NCBI GenBank assembly: GCA_051362555.1
Contig: CM120640.1
Span: forward strand, 46,230,788-46,294,787
From: Lingula anatina
Lineage: Eukaryota > Animalia > Brachiopoda
Length of the DNA: 64,000 nt
Direction: 5' to 3'
Below the pieces are notes generated by a model, which did not search any database, had not been told where the DNA came from, and saw only the letters and a list, made by a program, of their open reading frames with translations. Within the stretch, counting starts at the first letter, position 1, and the number at the start of each line of letters is the position of its first letter. Below are positions 37,591-48,601 of the stretch, piece by piece. A program made the position numbers and the translations under genes.

Positions 37591-38594
37591 ATTTGACCTT
37601 CAACAGTTAATTGCTGTTAGTCCTGGAGACATGTTCAATCATAGACGGCTAGTCCTAGAGACATATTAAATAATAAATAGTTCTACTACCTGTGTGTTAT
37701 AATACTTGATGTAGCTATCTTTAACTTGAAAATAGAGTTTACTTATTTTTGCCACATTAATCACGTGGGAATGAAATTCACTGCTACTGTTGCAGATTTT
37801 TTTCATATCGAACAATTATGCTGTTGATTTAGTGGAGCTGTGTTTTCCTTTTTTTAATTCAATGTTTTAAAGGTTAAATGTTTTTCTTTCACGCTTGAGA
37901 TGATTTTTCTCAACAAGAATGAGTTATTTTTCAATTATTTGAGATACATTATGATGTTCATGTATTTCCTCTTAAGTTGCCATACGAGCTGAAATGACGA
38001 TTCTTTGATGACTGTATTTTTTTTTAATTCTTATTTGCTCACGTAAGCCATAATTGATTCTGCACTTTTTGGGTGCATTGCTCATTGGGATTTGTTACGC
38101 GCTTGATTTAATATATATTTTATTTATTATGATTATTTTTTTCAATAAAATGATGTAAGTAAGATCAGAGATTCCTTCATTTTTGTGTTGATGGTAGACT
38201 TGGATCACCTTTAATAAGTGCGATATGACTGAAAGAAGAATACCTTAAATAATTTAACACTTAATTCCTGAGATAAAGTTATCATATCAATTTATTTCAA
38301 TATGATACAAAATTAAGAGAAAAAATAGTACAGAAAGTGATCGATTTTTTCTTCATGCAATTAGAATTACAGGGGTGCATATAATCTCTATGCAACTCGG
38401 GCGACAGCAACGCGAACAAGTTTGAGACCTTTTTACTAAAACGCGAAATAAATTTTGCAGAGTCTATTTTAATTTTTACTTCTCATCTAACATCAAGCGG
38501 CCATGGTCCTGTCCGACATTGAGAAATTTTGATATATTGTCATTCTTCCCCGTGAAATTGGTCACTTTTCCGTTGTCTATCACTTCTTGTGCAT

Positions 38595-39601
38595 TTACCG
38601 GACAAATGTCGACTCTTGGGGTACTGATAATCAAATAAAACACCAAAGTCAATATGACATGCTTTTTTAGATAGATGGATATATTGGATAATAATAATAA
38701 TAATAATAACAGAATGTTTAAAGAATGATAGATTAGCAACACAAAGGAAAAATAGTTTTTACAAAACGTGCCATCTTCCAAATCTTTTGGTTTCAGCCAA
38801 TCAAAATGAAACAAATCGTTAATGATCTTTTTTAAGTTGAAATAATGTTCTGCAGTTAAACTTGATACGTTTGAATATACATAAATCGTACATGTTGATT
38901 TTATTATGATAAATAATTTGATTAAATAACATAAATCTGATATTGAGTGGGTCTTAATGTACTTACAGATCTTCCTCAATCCTGGCACTGCCTTCAGTTC
39001 TTTAACTAAACCATACTGAGTCGGCGTGTTGCTGATGTAGTAATATTGTCTTGGATCGGGGTAAAATCTGGTCATGGCTGATAAAGAATTTCTGTTGTTA
39101 AAATTAATTACTGTATAAGTATGAAATAAAATAGCCCCCTATTCATGCATATCTCTTGAAACATGTAGTATTAGGTTTAAAATGGAATTAACTCTTATGA
39201 CTTGCCATTTTTCACTGGCAGTTTTGTAACCTTTGAAAATTACTGTAACGTGTTATAACTGTTAGGAATAATCGAAACTTTTGTCAAAATGTTTATTCAA
39301 AAATGAACAACTTACGATTATGCCTTTCTCCTATCACAGTACAAGGGGTCCGCTGATCCTTGTAGTAATAATATGGGAGAGAACGAGCTCGCTCTGAAAT
39401 GACAATCAGATTGCACTTACCTCCCCTAACTTTATTTTTTTATTTGCATCTACAGCAACACGGTACACTACTTATCATGTAACTGCCCTGTGGTACTGTT
39501 TAGCCGCCAGGCCAATTTACAGGATGTTTTCATCCCCTCGACATCTTACTTCTTCTTGGTCTGGTCGTTGTCTGATATGAAGACTTTGTTTGAACCGACA
39601 T
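38595..39601 (-). CDS. Small unknown basic Tyr/Arg/Pro-rich protein (~89 aa), exons 39601-39550 (first exon uncertain), 39393-39316, 39077-38967, 38623-38595
   Basis: Phase-1 GTAAG/CAG junctions give MSVQTKSSYQTTTRPRRKRARSLPYYYYKDQRTPCTVIGERHNPMTRFYPDPRQYYYISNTPTQYGLVKELKAVPGLRKILPQESTFVR*. An alternative first exon ending at CAG|GTGAGT (~39627) is also in phase. Confidence 0.5.
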
Positions 39602-40088
39602 TACAGTAACGTGTACCTGTACTCACCTGTAGTTATCAACTTCATTGGTAAACTTTCACCATTTCGTCCCCCAGAATGCGCCAGGCTTAGAATCAAGGAA
39701 TGTACGTCCACGAGTTTGTCTATGTAAATAATTGATAAATAAATGAATGGTTGAAAATATATAATAATGAATATTATAATGAATATAATAATATTACGTG
39801 GATGAGTCTATGAATGAATCAATGAATGAATTAAAGTAGATAGATATATTAATGAAATAAATGAATTAATAGATACATGAATAGAGAAATTAATAAATAG
39901 TAAAACAGATTATTTGCATGCATATGATAAAATAGGAAAAGTTTGTTGAAGAATAACTTGAAAATTATCCCCTTACGAAGGCACGGAACCCCATTATAAT
40001 GATTCTGGTTTTAAAGCAGCAGAGTGAGAAGAGGCAGCAATGTTCTGTAGCTAGCAGCAGACGGAATGACCGTAGTCCTGATGAATTA

Positions 40089-40383
40089 AGCCTCGGTCAC
40101 AACCGGCCGCACGGGCTCTTACAGTCTTTTTGCGTCCAAAATTTCCGCAGAATCTCACGTGCCACGCAAGTCCTTCTTGCGAAATTTGGAGTTGGCATAC
40201 AGCCCGTAAAATACGATTATTAGTAGAATCTTTTGGACATGTCCAACATCCTCCGTACGTGCATCCGGGCTGTCAGCGAACTACAAATTTCGCAAGAGGG
40301 AATTGCGTTGCACGTGAGATTCCGCGCAAAATTTGGACGCAAACAAGTCGCAAGAGCCTGTACGGCCGGTTGTGACCGAGGTT
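40089..40383. mobile_element. PIF/Harbinger-type MITE
   Basis: ~30-bp TIRs AGCCTCGGTCACAACCGGCCGCACGGGCTCTT / AAGAGCCTGTACGGCCGGTTGTGACCGAGGTT, flanked by TTA. Confidence 0.85.
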
Positions 40384-41363
40384 TTAGAGACCTATGAAAT
40401 CATCCAGCGGCCGAGGCTTCTTCATTGGATTAAACCCTACCTTCGTTTCTGTAGAATCGGATTCTTTTATCCTGCCCATAGTTAGGGAATATAAATCCCT
40501 GTGGTAGGGCCATTTCCAGGGGGCGGCTGTTCCTGAACTGTTAAGCAAATGGTTTCATTTACAGCAGTGTTGTTCGCACTGTCTTCCTAGCAATGTGAAT
40601 CAAAGTCAAACATAAACAGAAGCTAATCGATTTTTCAGTGCCTACTAACAAGAGACCGAAACTAGGTGCGAAAATCGTTAATTTTGTATGATGTTTCATT
40701 GTTCCACCGAACCGAGCCAAAGAAAGGCTATGGTGAGGTGTTCATTAATTCATTTTATCCAACATGGTATAATGGAGCGTCTCGTTCTTAACAAACTGAA
40801 ACAAGATGGTCAACTATTGAGACAAAACCTACTAGTATATGTGCCGTAGTTAATTTTGCTGAAATAAAGTTTTATAAGAATTTTTATGCTAAGGTTGGTG
40901 TTTTTATTCATTCGCATCGATCACGTTTGGCTGTCACCCAATGTAGGAAATGAACCTAAAAACCACTGAAAGCGATTTAAAATACCATACTAGTGTAAAG
41001 AAAAAAAGAAAGAAAGGATCAAAATCGGTTAAATATTTTTTAACGAAACTAATTAAATCGTCATGAAGACCATAAAATAGTGGGCATCGCAATTGTAACG
41101 TAGGCTTTACCTTTACAAAATACCGTTACAATATTTTACCGCAGACAGCATGCATAATTCGTCTTATCGTGTGACTTGTCAACGAAACATGCAAAGTGTA
41201 AAAAAAAGTAGATTTTCCAAATAGTTTATCTAAGTGAATGTGAACAAATGGCCTTGGCAATAGAAACAATATCACCTTGTCACATGGAGTTTTAATTCTT
41301 GCCACCACAGTTTACACCGAGTTGTTTCATGACAGGTGTGGTCAGCAAATTGAGACAATAAAT

Positions 41364-41365
<2 letters not shown>

Positions 41366-41408
<43 letters not shown>
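41366..41408. repeat. (TAT)n microsatellite upstream of the VTC gene
   Basis: Directly visible. Confidence 0.95.
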
Positions 41409-41410
<2 letters not shown>

Positions 41411-41885
41411 ACAGTGGATATAATGGTGCCATAACCAGGTTTACCTTAATAGACCAGTGTTGAAATGCATACAGCTGTGTCTATCGCCGCATAGCTTGGT
41501 TTTTGGTGTAGGGTCTACATACAGAACGAGTGCATGCTAATAAGTAGTATTTAGCAATAATGTTGAATGGTTCCTTCACGTCATTTTATTAACGACTAAG
41601 GGGGCTATGGCACCAGCTGATACATGGATGGAGACATGGTGATTTGTTACTGGGATAAAGAGGAGGTGGTGAAGTGTTTTCTAATGGTGCACTGTACGCT
41701 CTTGTATATTAACGCCTGTTTAGAATGGTGTTTAAACTGTGAATTTCTCTGACAATAAGATACATACAAGCATGGGAATAAGCTGTTCAAAGCCAACTCG
41801 TGAAACTAAATAGCGAAAGGAAAAACTAACGAGGACGAAGCATCATCTATCTCCAGGATTTTTTATTACTAGTTTCAATACAAGA

Positions 41886-44800
41886 ATGAAGATATGTGAA
41901 TCAATTAGTCGCTTTTGTGCCGAATCGAAAATTGGTCAACACTGTATTCATTATGACTCGCTAAGACAGAGCATGCAAGGTGCTATCGGGAAAAATGGCG
42001 AAAGGGATTTTGTGAAACTTCTCAACAAGGAGCTAACAAGACTTAAAACTTTTATCACACTTAAGTTAAAAGAACTGCACATTTCTTATAGGCAACTGAT
42101 ATACCGCACTATGCCCAACTTGAAATCGGGTAAACTCCCCGACAACGAAACATTTTGCGGTCAAAGAGGAAAAATAATTGATAAATTTGTTGAAAATTTA
42201 AAAGACTTGGCCAAATTTACGTACCTCAATGGCGAAGCCTTCGCAAATATCATCAGGAAACACGACAAAATTGTAGGAAGCACGAGCACCTGGTACTTTG
42301 TGCAGAATCATGAGCAGTTCTTCTATAAAGTTTTAAGTGAGTTAGACGTGTTTCTCTACCACTCCAGTGTCATTTATGATTCAGTTATAAGAAAGCTGGG
42401 AGATACTTATGATGATAAGGACGAGACCGTCAAATCTGATGACCAAATTAACCAGGAATATTTTGAGAGAAAGAGCGCAAAGTACTGGGTAAAACCAGAG
42501 GATGCTTTCGCAGTGAAGGCTGAAATAGCAAAACAATTACCCATACATGTATTCAGGTAAGATATCTTGTATTTTCACGTGGATAAAGAAGCGAGTGATT
42601 AAGGTAATATTTCGGCATGTGACCTCTAATATAACGCAGCAAGGTACCGTTATGAGGAACGCTCATCATTACATTCATTTTTTAATCATTTATTTGAAAC
42701 AAAAATTGGAACACACCGTGTAAACAAACGAATATGTAATTAGATAGAGTTATTTCTCCACCTGCTTCTCACATTTGTGTCCTTCAGAATGGGCAGTTTG
42801 ATGCCGTTGATGTTTTGATGTTATATATAAAAGGGTGCATTGTATTTGACACGTTCACTACCCACCTAACGTGACGCAAGTCACGGTCTCTAAAATGCGT
42901 GCGTGATTATGACGTTGAGTTTAGTGTCATTCTGGTTCTTAATACAGAGCAATGTTTTTAAGTATTTTGTTAATGTAAACACTGACATTGGTTTGGAATC
43001 AGTGACGCTCAGTGGCACGTATCTCAGTGGGAGCTCTCATGCAAAAGTTTTTTTAAATTAAAATTAATGTCGTTCCATTCTGTACTATGTTAAAGGTATA
43101 TAGGGCGGTTTTTCAACTCAAACACACTGTTGTGGAGAAAACAAAATTTTGAGATAAAATATGGAGACGTAAAATGGCTGTAAAGGTAATGAATTGATGC
43201 TGCGATCACAAAAATAAAGAGTTCTGAAAATCACAAAAGTAAGTTCAAGTTTACATTGGATATTTAATTGGAGAAAAGTATCGTTTCCTGCAGTATTTCT
43301 CTCCAGTTATTTTCCCCTCTAGTAGGCTTTAAAAGTTATTATGAACTTTTGGCTGGAATGTTTTTGAGAAACAGAGCGACACTTTTGCGCTCAACTATCT
43401 ACCATTTGGTTGTAAGTTACACATATCCTCTATTATGAAATTTTCATAAGTGTTCTCTTTTCTTTTTTGTCTTCTTTTTTATTTTTACTTTTGCCACGGG
43501 CTTTACAGGGACGAGAAACCACTTCAACACAGCAGATTACTTGAGGAAAACGCGCCAGAGCGCACTCGACCGCCAACCACATGGGTGTCCTCGGTGTACC
43601 TGGACAATTCCGATCTCACCTGCTATCACAAACGCGTCAGGTTGGAAGAAGGTGCCACTCTGATTCGTCTGCGATGGTACAACACTCCACACAGGGTAGA
43701 GGTTAGTGTGTACACACACATACATACAGGCACTCTGAGTCACGCAAGCTAAAGGGCAGAGGAGAATCCATTTCAGTGCTGGCTGTGCCTGATATATTCA
43801 GTTCACTAAGATCATCGGTTGTGACTCATTTCCTTTTGTGTTGTAAAGAATAAAAATGCTGATCAGCTGCAGAGGCTTAATAATTTTTTGTTATTTTATC
43901 TTATCTTATTTATTTATCTTGCTATTTGGATAAATAATGTTTATGCATGAATAATAATGTGTGCCTATGCTTATTTATCCACATAAACATGATTAGGCCT
44001 AGGTATGGCAAATTCAAGAACCGGTACTTTTCAAAAAGGTAAGAAAAGATGATGTGAAATCCACCAAAGCATGTTGCGCGTTTTCAGAAGTGCAAGATGG
44101 CCTATATTGCACTGAAGTACTGAAAGGAATAGGACAAAACATTCACACATTTACACTTAATTCAGTCTATAATATTCATATCCTCCACACATACCTGTTA
44201 ACCGTTTGGTTTGTATTCTCTGTAGTCCCTACAGATTGCCGGACCTGTACATCAAAAGGTGTATGTAGAGAGGAAAACACACCATGAGAGCTGGATATGG
44301 GAAAACAGCGTGAAAGAGCGGTTTCTTCTGAACGAAGACAATGTTGTAGGATACATACAAGGTGATAGATAATGCTACAGCTATAGAGTCATCCTGACTG
44401 ATATTAAGTTGAAAATTAAAATAGAATAACGAAAGGTGCACGCAACTATGAAATAGACACAGACAAACAAAAGTAGTTATTAGCTATATAGGTCAATATT
44501 ATTATTAAAGACTTTAACCCCCTCTTTAAATTATATAAAAAAATCGTTTGTTTTATTTAGGAGATTCCAAATCGCATCCACGCGACATATCTAACACAAA
44601 AACATTGCTGGCAAAGGACATACAAGAGCAAATAAAAAGAGAAGAGTTACGTCCGATACTCAGAACGGTCTATAAAAGGATGGCGTTTCAACTCCCCGAT
44701 AACAACGACGTACGCATTACCGTGGACACAGATTTTACCATGGTAGACGAGGACGGGAATTTCGATTCGAAAATTGAATGGAAGAGGCACGAAAAGGGTT

Positions 44801-47800
44801 AGTCTTTAAAAGTTTTGTCATGAGATTTGGAGGAAATATGCATTTGATCAAAAACAAACAAACAGAAAAAAAAACGTGCGCTGCAAAACGATATTTGCTT
44901 TTTTTCTTAAATAACCCTCAAGATTTGTTATTGTTCTACTACACGTTTTAATTATTTTTGTTTTTAGAAATATTAGACAGGCACGACTATCGGATATTCC
45001 CACTTGTCATTCTTGAGGTGAAGCTGAAGGCCCCTCCGCCTCAATGGCTTGACGATCTTATGGAGTCTTCTCTAGTTCGCCCCGTACCAAAGTTCTCCAA
45101 ATTTCAATTCTCAGCGGCTTCGTTCTACCCTCACAAGGTCAACAAGTTGCCATACTGGTACAGCGATGATTCCATCAAGAGGAATAATGAAATGTATAAC
45201 AAGGTGCGGCACCTTGAAGTTACGAATCCATACTTTCTGTTCAATTTTGTATATCATACTGTGATACAAGAGGATAATGAATTCACATACATGTATGTAA
45301 TAACTGGAGCTTTCGGGAAGAGGAAATTAAAATACTACTCATTTCAATCGTCAACTTAAAAGTCTACAGGAAATATAATTTGGTGCAGATAATGCTTTGA
45401 AACAATATTTTCGGTTGATGAAGGTAAACTAAAGCAAGCCCTCCATACTAGTCACTAACATTATGTTAACGTTAAGTGTTACTACAGTGTTTTAGTGGAA
45501 ACCTCGTTTTACTAAGAAAATCACCAAGTGGTAGATAAATCATGGCGTAATCCCAGACAGTGTCCTTGAAGATTATATGATATATCGACCAAGTTACCCC
45601 ATCTTTTATTCCCAGGTGATCACGCATCCCAGAAGCGCGGAGTGGAGCTCGCATGACATGAAGCCTGCTCTGACATCAGGGGTCTTGTATTCCGTGTCAA
45701 ACGCTGTTTCGAGCAGACAAAGTAATGCAATGACGGCGGAGAGCAACAGGAGCCCAGGAATAGCTCAGATACCATTAAACGAAAACAGTAAGATTGTTTT
45801 TCTTTTATAATGCTTGTTCGATCAGTTGTATAGGGAATAAGTCATCTTTTAAAATTATTTGAAAAGTCCAAATCATTTAAATAAGGAGTCTGTTGCAAAA
45901 TATCATTTTAAAGTTAATATATATATATGCTCGTAAGGAAACGGAATATACTACTCATTTCTTTCTTTAAAGAGCTCATTAACAGGCTTGGCCTACTTCC
46001 AAAGTTTCATGGGTCGAACTCGGATGATGAGGCGCTGAAAATCAAGCCTATCCAACGTTTGAAAGTAGAGCCGAAAACATACTTCGCAAACGAAAGGACC
46101 TTTATTCAGTGGTTGACCTCATCGCTTCTGTTGGTAATACTTTTTTTCGCGGAGGACATTTTTCGAAATGCCTGAAACGAAGATGTTAGAACAATTTGAT
46201 TTTTTAAATCTGTATAGTTTCTTGGGAATTCCTTGCTAGTATTGCCTAAAATAGTCACTGCATTGGGATTTTGCTTCTTATTAAACACAGGGAAATTTCA
46301 GTTGCTGTTAAATTTGTGTCAGGGTTTCTGTCATTCTGTTTACAATGGTACATAGTATGCAGCTAGGTTTCCGCTATTCATGCTTGTATGGTGGATTATA
46401 TCTAGTGTGCCGTGCGCTAAATGGTGTTACTTGATCTGCAGGTGTACTCGAGCACCTTAACATAACACCCACAAGTATATATTTAGAATATGGCGCCATT
46501 TTTTTCCAGGTGACACTCAGTGGAGCATTGGTAACACTTGGTGACACTGATGCTCAAGTCACAGGCTTACTCTTCATGCCACTGGCGATACTGATCTTGT
46601 TGTACGCCACAGTAATGTTTTATGTAAGTTACTACACTAAGAGAATTTACGTAGATGTAGTACATTTTGTTGAACGCTGCCATTTGTATCTTTGGCATTG
46701 GTATCCAGCGTTCTTAACGATATAAATAGCTGTGACCTGAATAATTGTGAAACTGTTAGTTGCTCTTCAGTGAGAGGGAGGGGGAGAGTTAGATAATGAA
46801 ATGGGGTTTTCAATTGAAAAACTAATACTTTCCAACTCTAATACCTTATCAAATATCACATTTTCTTTTTCGTTAGTTAAGGCTACACCGGATCAAACAT
46901 AACTGTAAGTCCGGTTATCACGATGTCTTTGGTCCGGCCATCCTGACTGTGTTTTTGTGTGCAGCAATGATGGCGACCTTTTGTTTGCACTTTAAAAGTT
47001 TTTCTTCGTCTTTTAGTAAAAAAGACTTAGATGAAAAAGGTAAGTTTAATATTATTGCTCAATGTCAACAAAGACCATAAAACCAGAAGAGCTATTTTGA
47101 TTGGGTTAATATTTGTTTTAAAAGCATTGAGCAGGGGAACTCTCTAGAAACCTTCTCTTACGTATAAAGTTTACTGAATAACATCAACATGTGGTATATA
47201 AAGTAAGCCCTTAAAGAGTGCTTTTACAGTTTCATTACAGACAAAGTGCATGTAAGTTTGACTTAAATTTCGTTTTACAGAATTTCGACTGCTACTTCAA
47301 GAATCCGGCCACTGCCACAGAATGCAAACGAAGTTGCCTCTCTTTTTTGAGCCAAGCGATGTGGTTTTAGATCCATCTGGTAAATTCTTGTGGACATGTT
47401 CTGGGGGCGTTCTGGCTAAGATTGACCTGGAAAGCGAGGCTGTGATTGAATATATCCTTGTCAGTGGTGAGTGAAAATCTACATGTATAGTATCTATGCA
47501 CATTGTCCTACATGCTACCCAAAACAATCCGAATAACGTCATGTCATACGTTTTTGTTATTTCTGTTTAGATAAATTGTAGAACGTTAATTTGAATATGA
47601 AACAAACGCAAACGAGTGGAAATATACATACTAGTAGGCGGCAATACAAATTATGCAAGATGGCAACAAAAGTAAAAATAAGCGGGATTTTTACATGTGG
47701 GGTTTTATTCCATTTGTTTTGAAATTGTGTTTGATTACATTACAGATAAGAAAAAATATGACTTCGAAGGGCTTTCCTTTGGGAATCCGTTTCTGCCACA

Positions 47801-48601
47801 TATAATCTACATTGCCGCCGAGTTTCCAAGCAACCAAATCTTAATTTACGATCTTAAAACGAAGCAGATTTTAGAAGTTGTAGAAATGAATCAGCTGTTG
47901 GGTAAGAAAGTAAAAGAGAAAAACAACCAATTGTGACTTAGACTATGGTATTTTGCTTATAGTGCACCATGTAATTACAAAGTGTTTTCCTTGGTAGTAT
48001 TTTTAATGACATGTGTATGTACTATACAACTTCACCTTCACATTAAAAAAGGTATAAAATAAAGTCTTTAGTATAAGGACGATTTTGTGCTATCGGTGAA
48101 TATGATTTTGCATATTACGACTCGGCGTCTTTATCATTTATTTAAGGACGCAATCCCAGCTTTGAAGGCATAACCTACAGTGACACGGCCTGGAGTAACC
48201 ACTCGTTTTACCAGAGCTCTGGAACATTCTTTGCAACTTCAAAAGACTTTATCCAGATCTTTAGTTTGAATCCCGATAGGTCCAGCAGCCAGCTAGACCC
48301 TCTGCCATTGCAGGCAGTTAAGACAGACGCTAAAATAGGGGCTTTGACAGTGCGCAACAATACATTGTTTGCGCTGTTGGACAACATACACACCCTAAGG
48401 GCTTGGGATCTGAGGACCGGAGAGAAGCGAGACTTCCCGCTACCTTCTGCCAGTAAACAGTGGGAGGGTATAGCATTTAGCCCAGGGGGTGCTGATATTT
48501 CTACCTCACCTGACGAAACTGTCGTGTACCTTGCAATGGACTCACCGCCGCAACTTTGGCGGCTTGTGTTTTCTGATTCAATAGGATTTTTAGAATGTTA
48601 G
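41886..48601 (+). CDS. VTC4-like polyphosphate polymerase (SPX - VTC catalytic - DUF202 3TM - C-terminal beta-propeller-like domain), ~959 aa; exons 41886-42556, 43509-43701, 44226(or 44235)-44361, 44561-44797, 44968-45203, 45616-45787, 45973-46133, 46510-46623, 46877-47039, 47281-47466, 47746-47901, 48147-48601
   Basis: Twelve GT-AG exons sum to 2880 nt with no internal stop. SPX: MKI...HYDSLRQ...FTYLNGEAFANIIRKHDK. VTC: FERKSAKYWV, VSSVYLDNSDLTCYHKRVRLEEGATLIRLRWY, VYVERKTHHESW...SVKERF, LRPILRTVYKRMAFQLPDNNDVRITVDT, FPLVILEVKL, PVPKFSKF, LPYW. DUF202: KVEPKTYFANERTFIQWL, three hydrophobic helices, YHDVFGPAIL. Confidence 0.93.

Noticed and set aside
38476-39075. 199-aa minus-strand ORF as a single-exon gene
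   Set aside because: It reads through a strong donor (T|GTAAGT at 38966) and AT-rich intron sequence including a (TTA)n run; a spliced model fits better.
41886-48601. VTC gene as fungal/algal contamination
   Set aside because: It has eleven AT-rich introns with the same style of splice signals as the neighbouring genes and is contiguous with metazoan genes and animal-type repeats. Not fully excluded without reads.
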